Source: Lama glama (lineage: Eukaryota). From it: a stretch of DNA of 64,000 nucleotides. Below, in pieces: positions 48,071 to 62,169 of this stretch. Position 1 is the stretch's first letter. The number at the start of each line of letters is the position of its first letter. The notes beneath the pieces are model-generated. The model searched no databases and was not told the DNA's origin. It saw nothing but the letters and a program-made list of their open reading frames with translations. The DNA lies in NCBI GenBank assembly GCA_028534125.1, contig CM052817.1, forward strand, positions 70,558,001 to 70,622,000. The letters run 5' to 3'. Position numbers and translations under genes: made by a program.

Positions 48071-49796
48071 AAAGAAACAAAATCCACTCTCTTCAGGCCT
48101 TTTGTGAGCTCAAGGTTGAATTCTGGTGTCCCTGAAAGGTGTCCCATCATGGAGCATGCAGTCTCTTGTCATGTCTGCTGTCTCCTCTCTCCCCTTCCAT
48201 CTCCCCTTCCTTCTTCCTTCCCTCCTTCCTAGGCTATCCTGGGAATTTAGCTTCACTCTCTCTAATGTGGAGCAATTCGGTCATTTTTAGCTCCTCCTTG
48301 CATACTCAGCACCTAATGCTTTTTCTGTTTCGTTCCTGGAGGCAGAGTCTTTGTAACATTGTAAAAGAGAAACAGAAAACCCAGCCTGGGCAGTTAGGTT
48401 CGATTATGCATCAGAGAACTGGTATCCCTGCAGGGGAGGTTGGCCTCATTTATTCTATCAGCAAACTCCTTCTCTAAAAATTAAAATCTCTTTGTCCACA
48501 TTGGTAATATAAATAATAATTAGCAGAAAAGCAGACAGCTCTATTAGCCAGAAACTTAATGAAAATATTTTATTTCAGATAATTTACTGAAATGGGTCTT
48601 AAGCTGATTAAAGTAATATCTAACTAAATCTAATAACCAAACCTTCATTATGCTTTTTTTAAAAGTATAAATGTATAAAAATGTAAAATAAGAAATCATG
48701 ATAGCTGTATTAATAATACTACAGTGCGGACTATTTCAGAAATAAGTCTGCTGGTTAATACTTCTTCTTTTTTTTTTTGTTAATACTTCTTATCTGAGTT
48801 TTCTATACTTCTAATGTAGACAGAAATGTACAAAATATAATTTGAACAAAGAAATTAAAATGCAAAGAGATAGTTAAGCATTTAGAGGTCACAGGAAATA
48901 GCTAAGTTGAGCTTATTTGGTCGAAATTTACACAAATGAGAAGAATTATCTGCCTTGAGTACACCTCCCTTAAAAAGCGAAGGTCTGGGGAGAAGTACTC
49001 ATGGATGACCTCCCATCTCAACCCTCCCTGCCTCAGTCCTCCCTTCTCGTCCCAACCACAGTTCTCCGATTCATGAGGGAGGGCCTTGGAGGTTGCGTGT
49101 GGACCCTGCAGCCTGCAAGCTCTGCCCACAGCTCCCACCAGCAGCTGCTCCAGGACACCTGCAGGTGTACCAGGGCACATGCCTGCTTTGTGGTCCACCT
49201 GCGGGAAAACAGATCTGGGGGAGAGGCCAATACAGGCAGTAGAAGCGGACTCAGCACAGTGGAGGCAGGAATTCTTGGGCCCTGGGTACCTGGGCTGTAA
49301 TCTAGAAGTGGGGAGCTGGGCTTTGCATGGGCATGTCTTCTTGGCCCTCTAGACTCCTCACCCCATGGGAGGGTTACACCATAAGAGGGCTTAGAGACGG
49401 CAGAAGAGGAGCAGGGCAGAGGAGGGTCTAAGGGAAACACTGCCCAGTATTTCCCTTTTAAATAATGTATAAAAGGTGCAAAAGTCAGCAAAAACCAGCC
49501 AGGAAACATGATGCCACGGTGAGGTGGAGGGCTTCTCTTTTCTGTGTAGCAAAGAAATTGTTCTCTGTGTGTTCTCTTATGGAAAAAAAAAAAAGATTAA
49601 GAACAAAGACTCATGTTTTAGGAAGACAAAGTAGCAAAATGGATGAAGAATGTATGCGAAATGAAAAGTCTGTCAGGACTGGGATAAGTCAGCAACAGCA
49701 CACTCGTTCAGCTCCCTTGTGCTACACGACTCTTCTAAATTAGATAATTAGTGTTTACTGCGACTTTCCGCATGACTGGGGCTGCTGGAAAAGAAA

Positions 49797-50200
49797 CTGC
49801 AGTGGCAGCAGCTAATCAGCATCCGACATTCATTCCCCCAGCAAGGGAAGGAGGGAGAAGCGGTGACCCGTGTGTATCCAATGACAAAGACACTCAAAAG
49901 GAGTGTCGGATGTTTGCGCAAAGACCCTCATTCACTCTCTGGACGCAGACAGGAAAGAATGAAGCCCCAGGTGGATTGGCAGCCACCTTCCAACCAAGAG
50001 GAGAGGAGGAGTTAGGATGGAAGCAGCAATGTGGAAGATGGAGTGAAGAGATGGAAGAACCGGGTTCTCAGTGGTGAGGTTTAGGTGCCAGGGCAACACA
50101 AAGCTGAAGCCTGAGTCAGGGCTGGAGTTTCAAGTTACTTGGCCAGTAAATACCTTTATTTAAAGACTAGTTCTGTTAAGTATTCTGTGACTTATAATGT
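49797..50200 (+). mobile_element. Degraded ERVL/MaLR LTR (LTR16/33 or MLT1-like)
   Basis: ttggcagccacctt...gagatggaagaaccgggttc...ggagtttcaagttacttggccagtaaatacc 3' motifs. Confidence 0.55.
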
Positions 50201-50589
50201 GCCCTTGATAATATTATCTATTTTTAAAGTTTAAAAACCCAGCTAATTTCTTCTTTCCTAAGGTATAGTTCCTAGTAGTAGATCTATGTATAGTTTGAAT
50301 GATAAATTACTCTTTTCACATGGGAAGAGAATGTGCCTAGTTATTCATAGAAATGTTAAATAGTTATGTCTAGCCGGAAAAATTTGAAAGATCAGTGAAG
50401 AGTAGTAGAAAGAGACAATGGTTCTTACTAACACCCACTCGTACACCCAGGAGGTTTCTGAGTCTTGGCATTCTTAATGCCCCCAATTCAAAGAGGAAAA
50501 CAGTCTGTTCTTATTTAATAATGTCTTTTAATAAACAATTACTTTCATTACTTCCTTTGTTTTGTCTGATTAAACTTTAAAGTAAACAT

Positions 50590-50915
50590 TATAATCTTCA
50601 TTTGACAAATGACGATACTAAGGCTCAGAGAAGGAAAGTAACTGGTCTGAGGTCATAGAAATACTGAATAGCAGAGCTGGGATCTTCTGAATTTAAAACC
50701 TACACTCCTTAACAGTTGGAGCAGACTGACTGGCTTTCAAGTTGAGCTTTACCACAAGCACCTAGGTGACCCTGGACAAAATATTTATCCTCTCTGTGCC
50801 TTGGTTTCCTCATTAATAAAATGTACCCACTCCACAGGATTGCTGTGAGGAATAAGGGAAGTAACAGGTACACAAAACTTAGGACAGTGCCTGACAGTAA
50901 ATGCTGAATACATGT
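50590..50915. mobile_element. Two adjacent MIR fragments in opposite orientation
   Basis: catttgacaaatgacgatactaaggctcagaga (-) then gtgaccctggacaaaatatttatcctctctgtgccttggtttcctcat (+). Confidence 0.7.
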
Positions 50916-52279
50916 CAGTAATTATTATACACTGCACTCTTCTATTCTCTGCATCGTGCAGAGAAGACAGAGAAGAAGATCCTGAAAGAAATTCAGTTTC
51001 TCCTAAATTAACTCCACTGATGCTGTTTCACAGTTGGATAATGGTTCCTACCCCTTGGCAACTTGGCCTGGTATCAAACGGATGGAACTGGGTAACGTGA
51101 AGCTGTTCTGATTGTTACAATAAGTTATTTCATAGCAGCCTCATATTTAGTGCAAAATTCAGAATCAAGAGTGTCATTTAGAGATCAGATCTAATGATAC
51201 AAGAACAGGCTTTGTGAGTGATATTGACTTACTGTTTTAGTTGTCAGAAACTTGGAAAGAAAAGTAGTCCATGATGAATACAAAAACCTTACAGTGGTTC
51301 ATAATATGGTGTTTTAGAAGCAAAACGCTAAGACCAAGATTGTCTATGTTAATCTGTAAGTACTGCAACATAGTAATATTTTCTCTTCCCTTTGCCAACT
51401 GCCGTTAAATGTTTAAGTCTCACCTGAAGTCACCTATTCAGGGAAGCATCCCTTGACCTTTCTGCACCAGGCCAGGATGCCCTGTGCTTCTCTGCTGTAG
51501 TGCTTAAAAGCACTGTCATTTAACAGATTTTTAGTATGACTGTTCATGTAATATTCCTATCCTACAGTTAGCTGAAATTCCATGAGGGCAGAGACAGCTT
51601 TAATGTCAGTGCTCAGATGGTGTCTTGGACTTAGTAGTAAGGGCTGAATAAAGATTTGTCGAATGGAAGATTGAAGAAACTGGTAGATGAATCAATGAAT
51701 ACATTTAAAGTAAGTTTTAAAAAAACACCAGATTTTTTTAAAATATGTAATTTAATCAGATTTAGTAAATAAATATTTTGGTGATCCTGTCTATTAAATA
51801 TAGTGTCTTTTCAGTTAAAATGGAAAACAAGTGGAGTTGGTGATGTCATAATTCAAATACATTTGCTTTGTTGTTGCAACAGCCTGTGATCACTTTCCTT
51901 CCTCTCAAACCCCTTCCCTCACCAATCTCATTTCCTCAACTATTTATTCTTCCCTCCCCAATATTTGCATTTAGTAGAATGATAACTCGTATTAAATATT
52001 ATAGTAACATGCCCAAATGAAGTCAGGGGGAAATAGGTTTTTTTTTAAAAACCTGCTAGAATTGTTTTATTTCAAGCCAGCATTACATTACTTCTTTTAA
52101 CCAACTTTTTATTCCTTTCTAAAGGAACTTAAAATTAATTATATAAAAGTATAATTGTACTTAATAAGTACAATTGAGTGAAAAGTCCCTTCAAGAGTAA
52201 GCTTGTGTATAAAAATACCTGATGATGTATGAATCAAACTTAGAGATCATGGGATTTTACTATATGAAACACTCTGTAT

Positions 52280-53290
52280 ATGGATGGCCAACAGGCACAT
52301 GAGAAGATGCTCAACATCACTAATCATCAGGGAATTGCAAATCAAAACCACAGTGAGATATCACCTCACACCTGTCAGAATGGCTATTATCAAAAAGACA
52401 CAGGGTAACAAGTGCTGGTGGGGATGTGGAGAAAGGGAACACTTGTGCACTGTTGGTGGGATTGTAAATTGATGCAGCCACTACAGAAAACAGTTTGGAG
52501 GGTCCTCAAAAAATTAAAAATAGAACTGCCACATGATCCAGCAATTCCACTTCAGGGAATATAACCAAAGAAAATGAAAACTCTAACTTAAAAAGACATC
52601 TGCACCCCATGCTCACAGCAACATTATTTACAATAGCCAAAGCATCGAAACAATTCTAGTGTCCGTCCACAGATGAATGGATGAAGAAGTTGTAGTGTAT
52701 TATTCAGCTATAATAAACAAGGAAATCCTGGTATCTGCGACAACATGGATGGAACTTGTGGGTGTTATGCTAAGTGAAATAAGTCAGACAGAGAAGGACA
52801 AATACTTTATGACCTCAACTTTATGTGGAATCTTAAAAAAACAAAAGCAAATGAACAAAAAACAAACAAACAAAAACTCATAGAAAAAGAGATCAGACTT
52901 GTAGTCACTAGTGGTGTAGGACTGGGGGTTTTGTGTGTAGGGAACTGAAGGAAGGTGAGCACTTCAGGAAGATGACCTGCACCAAAGCCAAGAGCTTCCA
53001 GTTATAAGATACTAGAGATGTAATGTACACATGATGACTATAGCTACCATTGTTGCATGACAGATATGAAAGCTGTTAATAGAATAAATCCTAAGAATTC
53101 TCATTACAAGGAGAAATTTTTTCTTTCTGTTTTACATTCTTTTTACTGTACTATAATGAGATGATAGATGTTAACTAAACATATTGTGGTAATCATTTCA
53201 CTATATATGTAAGTCAAACCTTTATGCTATACACCTAAAAATCATACAGTGATATGTGCCAATTATATCTCAATAAAACTGGATAAAAAA
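52280..53290 (+). mobile_element. 5'-truncated L1 (ORF2 C-terminus and 3' UTR), antisense to COL25A1
   Basis: ORF 52284..52472 [38 protein letters not shown]...CTVGGIVN is L1 ORF2; interrupted by stops; ends ctcaataaaactgg-A. Confidence 0.95.
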
Positions 53291-54703
53291 GAAATACCTA
53301 GTAATAGGAAGTGATAGTGTTTCTTCAAGAAGAAAGATAGCATCCTATTATCATAGTTACTGGAGAAAAAAAGTCATGCGTTCTTAGAATTCTTATGTGC
53401 ACAGTCACTAACTTTAAAAGGTAGAAAAATTAATAAAAACAGTTTAATTCTCAGCTTTAATCCCCAAAGGATTAAACTGCCGTAAGATACTTTCCCTAAA
53501 CTATTAAACTCCTCTGAAATAAAAAATCAATCACTTCATTTACTCTAGATATCTTTTCTTAAAGTCAAAAGTTGGGAAGTTATAAATATATTGGGTAATA
53601 GATCACTGGGTAAATTTAAGCTAATTAACCAGAAAATAAGAACTACAACATATTCAAGTCCTTCAGGAATTTAATTCAGACTTTTTAATGATAAAGCCAA
53701 GGCAGCAAAAGAAAAGAGTGTACTTAGTGGCTAGAGAAAGTGAATCAGGAATGAAAAATGCTGAGTTTACTGCACACAGCCCACCGTACAGGCTTGAATA
53801 AACAACTTGACCTTTGGAAGTCTGAGAGCTTCCATTTATCTGCTCTCTAAATATGCTTACGATAAAAATGTCATTACAAGTATGCTGTGAGGATTAAGGT
53901 CAGTGAAGAACTGTGAGATTCATGGGTAGGAGATGAAAAGGAACTCTAAATACCATAACTATAAACTAATAAAATTTTAATGTTACTTAAAAATCACATG
54001 GCTATCTGGGATAGATTCAAAGATGATACACTAACATCAGTATTTCATTTACATTGTATTTTGAAGTTTTAAATATAATGAAACTCCAGAAAGTATTTGG
54101 AAAATACATGAAAGAAGATCATCTGATATTTATCTTTTGCTTTGGAAACAAACCTTTGATTCTGGGTCCTCAGAAAAATTCTAGCTTGCTTAGACAAAAT
54201 AATTTGTTTTTAATCCTGAAACTCTTTATTTAACATTAAGGATATGAACTAAGAGCTGCACAAAGTAGACCTTTAATGTGCCTTATCGCTATTCCCAGAC
54301 CTTTTCTTCTATGGTGTCTGCGCAGTGCTGGACACTGCTTGCTATTCAAATACAGGGTCATTGTAATGATTTATTCTTATGGATTGCCAATTAATGTGAA
54401 AATGTGGAAAAAGCAGAAAAATGCAATGTTCTAATAACACCTACTAAGAATTAAAATTATTAAAGTTCTGATATATAGGTAGATATATGTATATATGTGA
54501 TATATAATTTATATATCACATTTGTGTATATATATATAAATACAAACAAAAATTATGGACAGCATTTAATTTTGTCAAAGGATTCTTTAGTCTAAAAAAA
54601 TGCTTCTACCACAAAATTATTTTAAAAGGCCACTTCTCCAGTATATCTGAGAAGTATGGTTTTAATTGACAAATATTCAGATATATCTCTTCAGGCACGT
54701 GTC

Positions 54704-54710
54704 TGTGTGA

Positions 54711-54743
<33 letters not shown>
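54704..54743. repeat. (TG)n(AG)n microsatellite
   Basis: Read directly. Confidence 0.9.
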
Positions 54744-54744
<1 letters not shown>

Positions 54745-55213
54745 GAATGAATCACAGAGCACAAATAAAATGTTTATTATACCTCTGAATCAACTAGATC
54801 TACTCATGAGAATTACAAAAGTTTTTGTACCCAATAATACAATTAGTGAGAGGCAAAGAAGGCAATATTTCATATGTTTAGGTAAGACCTAGTTTTAAAT
54901 TTGCTCTAAATGCTTTGGCTATTGGAAACAAGTCCAAATTTTGGAAACAACTGCTTTCAGAATTGGGACCAGAAGATGCTAGAAATTGGTTGAATTGGAA
55001 AAAGACATGGGTGATTTTCTGTGAGTGCACCATATCTCTTAGAGACTTAGAAAATAAATTAGTAAAGTCCTTTCTCTCATTTAAAAATAAAGCTGCCTTG
55101 AGCCCAGGAAGGAAAAGGAACTTTCAAAGGCTGCACATAAGGTGGAAGAGCACTGAGCATCCTGACTCCGGGACAGCGCTCCTATGTGACCCCACACTGG
55201 TGACTGAGCTTTA

Positions 55214-55399
55214 TTGTATGTAAAATTGATAAACAACAAGGCCCTACTGTATAGCACAGGGAACTAAATTCAATACCTTGTAATAGCCTATAATGAAAAA
55301 GAATATGAAAAATAATATACATATACTTATAACTGAGTCACTTTGCTGTACACCAGAAATTAACACAACATTGTAAATCAACTGTAACAAAAAAAAAAA
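55214..55399 (+). mobile_element. Artiodactyl-type L1 3' end with poly(A)
   Basis: gataaacaacaaggccctactgtatagcacagggaact...actgagtcactttgctgtacaccagaaattaacacaacattgtaaatcaact-A tail. Confidence 0.88.
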
Positions 55400-57429
55400 G
55401 AAATAATGTGACATGTTTCTTTCTCCTTCTCTTTCCCTTATCTATTGTACTTGAATTCCAGCAACTGAGAATGGGGTGCTTGAGTGGGGAGAGAGCTAGG
55501 GGACAGAGAAATATTGTACTTCATGCGTAACTGCATATTCATTTTCTTCCAATCATAAATTCAATTTGCTTTGCTTCCTGCCTGAGGGTAAGTCTAGGGC
55601 TCATTTGTTGAAATTCTTAAAGTGTGTTAATACTATTACAGATACTTGATAATATTTATTGAGCACCTATTACATTATGTTCACTTTAGATACATTATCT
55701 AGTTAATACTCCAAAGTCTCTATTAATATTTTACTCCTGAGCCTTAGAAACATTACATAACTTGCCCAGGGGAGGACAAGGAGTTGAAGAATTCTCTCTG
55801 ACTGCAGAGATCATGTTCTATACCACCTTCCACTTTCACAGAAGGGTGCTTAGTAGCCCTCGATAGATCGTGAGACCAGAAGAAGCTAGACTGGAGTTTA
55901 ATACCATGTTACTGCTTATGTGAGTCTTTTTTCCTAACATGGTCTGAGGAACTGGGCGACCATTACAAAAATAAGAAATATTCAGATCAGTAATCAAGTT
56001 GACCAAAATTTAAAGGAAAATAGGGTAAAAAATGTTACCACCAAGTTATTGGCCAAAACCAATCACCAATTTTATCAATCTGAATGGATAAAAAATATTT
56101 TAATAAAAAACAAATACAATATTTGCTTAAAACCCTTTACTTTTCTTTCTTTTTTTATAATTGAGAAATCTTTTTATTTTCTGGCTGTTATTTGTCATGT
56201 TTCTGATAGCTTAGAAATCATATCCTACCTTAACTGTTATTTGAAAATTATCTTCTAAGCATCTAAAGTACTTCTTTGGAAAAGTGAAATTGTAATGTGC
56301 AAAAAAAAAATTTTCTCAAGACAGTTTAAGGACATCAAGGTGCTTTAAAAATTACTAATGTCATTGTAAGCTCTCTTTCTAGAAAAATAAATTCTAGAGA
56401 ACCAAGCCACATTCCAAAGCTCTAAGTATAGAATGATTACTCTATTTTCAACTTTTTTTTTTTTTACTACCTAGGTGTCCTGCTGTTTCACTGAATTGGA
56501 CTCATGTTTTTTACACCTTATTTTCCTAAAGATGATACAACAAATATTACAAATGTTAGATAATGGCTAGAATTAACAGAAATTCCATACACAAAGTTTT
56601 AGGTTAAATAGGAAAAACAAATCTTGAACTTCATTTTGCTGATACCTTCATAAAAGTATGAAATCATTTAGCTTCCCTTGGTTTTACAGAAAACACTTTA
56701 AAATGCCATAAAGATGTATAACAAGACATAAAACTGCAAGTATTAACTGTCTATTTCCTTGAAATATAATTTAAACTCAGTGACTAGGACAAGAAAATGT
56801 CACATTCCTTTCTCTTGCTAAGGAAATTGCATATTTCCTTTGCAAAAATAAAGAATATGCAGTCTTCATAAGTATATATGTGACAGTTTTAAAGTTGTTT
56901 TGTTTCAGGTTAAAGGTTTCTATAAATTTTCATGATTGTCTCAGTGTTGAAAAAAGAAAAGGAACAAAGAAGAAAAAGCAAAATGTTAACCTTAGGCGTA
57001 CAAGGGTTGTTTTTCATCAAATGTTAAAAACAACATTTATGTTATATCCATGTTTCGTCCTTTCTAAATATCATCTTGGATTATATGATGTTCAAATCCA
57101 TCATAGAATGAATACACTTTCAAATGTTTGCTTATGTTTCCCTCCGTGATCTCCAATGTTCTAAACAGAAAGTTAATCTTCTGTCTTTCCCAAGATTTGT
57201 GAGGCAAATGGGTATGCGTTTTACGAAGTGGAAAATAGGGCTGTGACATGGGCATTTAACTACTGAGGAATGCCCAGTGTTTGACTTGTGGACTACAAGC
57301 TACCTCAAGATTTGGTTGAGAATACTAATTTCACTTGGGAATGGAGGAATTCTGGAAATAGAGCATCTCTCAAAACAGAGATCAATCAAATTTCCAGAAT
57401 TTCAGTAAAATGAGATGAAGGAAAATTTA

Positions 57430-57610
57430 ATAGTAATATCAAACATGTAATAAGGGTTTTATGCCTAGTTCCTCATTTAATCCTCACATTAACCTTATTA
57501 GGTAGGGATTGCTATTGTCTCCCTTTTACAGATGAGGAAATAGAGGCTGGAGAATTCAAGGACTTCGCCAAAATTCACATAGACTCTAAGTGGCAGACTC
57601 AGTAGGTTTT
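57430..57610 (-). mobile_element. MIR SINE
   Basis: ctcatttaatcctcaca...ttttacagatgaggaaatagaggct core. Confidence 0.75.
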
Positions 57611-58592
57611 GAATGGTTATTGTTTACGTCTCATTGCAGAAGAAAAGATGGACAGGATGGAACAGGTCACCAGGAGATTTATTCTATCCGGAAGGGTTGG
57701 ACTCCTCATGAGTTTAGAATTCAATTCAGAGTGCATGAATTTAAAGTCCTCAGGGAAAGCAAGCTGATGAATCACAGGAGTTCAAAGGGCCAGTCCAAAA
57801 GCTCTGAGGGAGACAGGAAAGTCCCCAGCTCAGCTCTCTGGCTCCTGGCAAACTGGCCCAGATAGTGGCTTCGGTAGCCACCACAATGGCTTTCCTGGTC
57901 TCTGTAGAGGTTCCAGATTGAAAAGCCAATCAGCACTATCAGAGAGCACAGAATACCAGAGCCACCTGTGGGATAAAGCTGGATGCTTTGCCCAGCTGGT
58001 AAGTATGTTGCAAGAATAAATGTACATGGGCACCTAGATATGTCTATGTAGACCTGTTGGCTTTTTTTTTTAACTTTATTTTTCCCTTCATTATAAACAG
58101 TACAATAAAAGTGTAATACCAGAGCTTAGCAAGTCCATTTAACTCCTAATTTTGCTTAACATGGAAAAAGCTTGCTTCTGAATTCACAAGATTCTAATAG
58201 AGTCCTTCTGTAGGAATAACTTTCATTAATGAAAGAAATAATACATATTACTCAGCCATAGCAAGAATAAACTAGAACACATATTGTTTATTATAATTGA
58301 TAGTAAATACAGCATTTCCCACACTCTACATATATTTATGAGAAAGATACAGTTATATCTCATACACAGCAAAATAAAATGGAGAAATGTCTAACAATTT
58401 CTTGCTATTTAATGCGTTAGCTTAAAAGTTAAACTAATTTGATCATTTGCACCATAATTTTCCTATATTTCAAAAGTATATGTAATATTTTTATAAGCAG
58501 ATAAACTTACTGCCAACATCACTGACTAAAATAATTTTTTGATTTTTAATCCTCTCCAAATTACCAAAAATAGCATTTTTGATAGAACTCAC

Positions 58593-58637
58593 CTTTTGCC
58601 CATTCATCCCTGGAATTCCAGGTGCTCCAATAGAACC
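58593..58637 (-). CDS. COL25A1: COL25A1 exon B (45 nt): GSIGAPGIPGMNGQK
   Basis: catgtctccttag|GGTTCT...CAAAAG|gtgagt. Confidence 0.95.
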
Positions 58638-60692
58638 CTAAGGAGACATGATTATATTAAATTGATATCATAATCACAAAATATTTCAATTCTAAATTTA
58701 TATTGCGTTAGTTATATCAGCCATAAATTTACTTCATTAAATTGCTAAAACATGTCTGGGAGGCTATGTTTTTCAGACCTTATCTGCTGTGTTCAAGTAC
58801 ACAATAATGTAAACAAACAGATTTATCAAGCTTTTCCAGAAACCATGAAGTTAAATTTAAACATATTTCTAAATATCTGCTTAATCCTACTATGATTTTA
58901 AAGAAACATATCATAAATTGAGATCCGTATCTATCAAAAGGTCACATGACACTAAATTTGGGTGCTTTTAAGAATTAAATAGGCTTAGTTTCATTTGGAA
59001 AAAGCCCAGCAGTAGCAGTAACTCTTATGGTTTAAATACCATAAAATGAAAGGTAACTAAAATAACAACCGCTTGTTACATAATTAGTTAAATAAGGAAC
59101 CCATGTTGTAAACTTAAATTTGTTGTATTTGAAGTATTTCTCCCAGACTCTCAGGGAGTATATTTAAACCACATGAGTGTGAATAGATCTTCCAAAGTAG
59201 ACTAAAAAGGCTGTTACAAATTTTAAACACTGAGTAGGAACATAACAACTTCTACACATAAAGCATTATGTTAAGAGTGTGTGTGTGTGTGCACGCGCAC
59301 ACCTGCTTGGATGTGTGCACACATGCACTGGGGTGATTAGAACGGTTGGACATATGTGGTTAAACCGAGAGTAAGAAAGCTAATTATTACTTGAGAAAAT
59401 CTGACATTCAACTGGATACAGAAACATTAACGAATGTTTTCAAATAGTGATGTCATTTCCCTCCATACAGTTCCATTTTAGGTTCTGGGGAAACCATTTT
59501 TAAATAGAATGTGCTTCTTTTTGGTTTAGCCCTAGAAAACAGATATTTTCTTCGTAGATGTATGATATGAAATTTCTTTAATAACAGTGGGAAAAAAGTT
59601 AAAATAGTAATTCTAAATTTAAAACTGTTCCCCAAAATAAAATCTGTTAAAATGTAGTCATTATATGCAAAGCAAAATCAGATGGCAAGTTCCTTAGTGC
59701 TTTCTCGGTGATTATATTGAGTGGGTCATTAAAGGACTTCCCGAAGCCTGAGGCAGTAATTTTATCCTGGTGGCATGTGGATTAGGGTAGCTTTACAATT
59801 TCACACCATGCTTAATAGAGACATTATTGCGAAGGACAACGTGTTCCTATACACAAGTTGTCTCACAATGCATTGGCTCTTACTTGGTTTGTAGGATTAT
59901 GTTTCAACAGATGCCACATGCCCAAGCTTGGGGGATAAAAAGTCTCTATCTTTGATGGATTCCAAAGATAAAGAATAATCACTTTTCCACCTGTTGTAAT
60001 ACAATTGTTTTCTTTAGTTTTCCGCAGGTTAAACATCCTTTTTTGTCCCCCTTGTCGGGTGGGAGGTGTGATGGGGAATGGGGACTTAGTGATATTTTGC
60101 TGGCAAAGGGCCATCTTCCTGCTATTGATAGATTCACTATTATAGGACTGATGGAATTTTAGATGTGCTAGACCCTCTCCATCAGAATGCAATGGCCAAT
60201 TTTGATGGCAGTGGATAATGCTGAAATGATAATCAGGAAGCCACTTTTCAGGTTACCTCAGTAAAGGAAGACACTAGTGGGCCACTTGAATACAGCCACC
60301 AAGCACAAGTATATCCTTTGTTCTGGTATGTTTAATCCTCATTTGACAATCACATATTGTGCAAGAACATGCATTTAATTTGCGATGTTGTATGACCCTT
60401 CACATTCTAAGTTTTGTCATGATGCTTTACCAGTCTTTGAATTAAAAGCTCCGTAACTTACAAGTTGAGCAGACAGCTTATTTTAAAGAGTGTGCTCTGG
60501 ATTTATTTACTTTCTATACTGGAGTCGATTAGAAATCTAATGATTCACATTATATGATTGTATTTTTAGAAAGCAGACTGCACAAGCCAGACTGCTTCGC
60601 CGTGGCTTACAGTAGCTAATTCCATTCCCCTCTCAGGTTAGCCATTAGGAGATGGGAGTATAATTACTTTCACAGTATTGTTTATACTCTAC

Positions 60693-60719
60693 CTTATGTC
60701 CTGGAGGCCCCAGAGGACC
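60693..60719 (-). CDS. COL25A1: COL25A1 exon A (27 nt): GPLGPPGHK
   Basis: ttttctttttttag|GGTCCTCTG...CATAAG|gtagag; phase 0. Confidence 0.93.
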
Positions 60720-60903
60720 CTAAAAAAAGAAAACCAATTCAATTACCATAATATCGTAACCATTTAAACTTAAATGATCAATTAAAACCATCCTATTCTG
60801 TAAGGTTCTCTTTACCACGCTGAAATATTGCTTATGTTTTGTGCATCAAGGAAAACGAAGATTTTCGGTTGGAAGTACACACTGGATCTTTTCTCTTATT
60901 GTC

Positions 60904-60990
60904 TTTTTTTGTTTTCATATTCTTTTTCATTATAGATTACTGCAAGATATTGACTATAGTTCCCTGTGCTGTACAGTATAAACCTGTTGT
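60904..60990 (-). mobile_element. Artiodactyl-type L1 3' UTR fragment
   Basis: tcatattctttttcattatag...caagatattgactatagttccctgtgctgtacagta, the reverse of the 55214 family. Confidence 0.8.
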
Positions 60991-62169
60991 CTTATTCTCT
61001 TTTGAAGAAAATTAAGCATATGCAGTAGGATTCTGATTTGTCCTTTGAAAAGAGAAACAATCTTTGCTGCTTCAGCGCATCTGTTTCTTCAAATACCTGC
61101 AAATCTATCACATCAATCTCATTTAGAAGGCTGTATATGTTGCTGCCAGAAGCACTTAAAATGCAATGCAGTTCCCAGCAAATGGACGTGTTCTAGGACA
61201 TCTGCATCTGCAAAACTTCAGTATGCAGATTTGCAAAGGAAATGATTGAATGGCATTACAAAGAAACATGTTTTGTTCTATTCTTCCTCTTATGAAACGT
61301 GGCCAATTGACTTGCACAAAAACTTGTTTACAAATTAGGGGGTGCCAAGGTCATTTGTGACACCTAGTGTGCACCAGAAAAGGGAACAAAAGATGCTGTC
61401 AGCTGTTGCATAAACTATGACACTGGGGCCAGAGAGGGAGGGGAAGAAGAAATATAATATTTAGGAAGATGAATGGGAATATTTACTTTTAAAATGAAAA
61501 TGTGGCAGTTCTGAGAGTTAGCAGTTTTTGACCACAAATTCAGTGTTGGCATTCTGTTGGCTTTATTTAGAGCAAGGCACACTTTGGAATAGTGGAAAAG
61601 AACACAAAGAGAGCTATAGTTCTGACTATTGACGTCTATTTTAAAATAAAAACATTAAGCACTTTTCTTCTAATTCTTTAAAAACTACTTTTAATTTTAG
61701 TGTATTTAAACAAAGTTATAGATTCCCTATCATCCCATGTAAAAAAAACTCTTTATTCCATTACACTAAACTAATGGCTAACTTATTTTCCATGTGTGAC
61801 ATTTCAGTATAAGCAGCACCTTACATTTAGACTCTGCCATAAAATAAAGTACTAGGGTGATAATTAGAGGAAGAATTGGTCATGCAACATTTTTTAAAAA
61901 TTAGAAATACACAATGTTTAGGAACATTCTGAGAATCTGTTCCTCATAAATTATTTCATAATCTTCACAGGAAGACTATTAATTTCCTCATATGGTCAGA
62001 TTTAGGTTATTGAAAGTACACTGCACAATATCACCCTTATATATACTCCTTTTGAATTTCCTCAACCAACCACCTTCTTAATGAGCTTGTGATCCAATAT
62101 ATGTGTAGTCTGACTTTCTCGTCACTTATCTCACTTCTTCCATTTAAAATTCTCCCTGTTTAAGATTTT

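Noticed and set aside
48902..49509. Cluster of overlapping ORFs up to 158 aa in a GC-richer patch
   Set aside because: No recognisable protein; open frames follow from local GC content; possibly an old LTR remnant I could not classify
52284..52883. ORFs with clear protein similarity
   Set aside because: Broken L1 ORF2 C-terminus and 3' UTR, not a host gene
59277..59328. Alternating purine-pyrimidine tract with Z-DNA potential
   Set aside because: Ordinary degenerate TG/CA microsatellite
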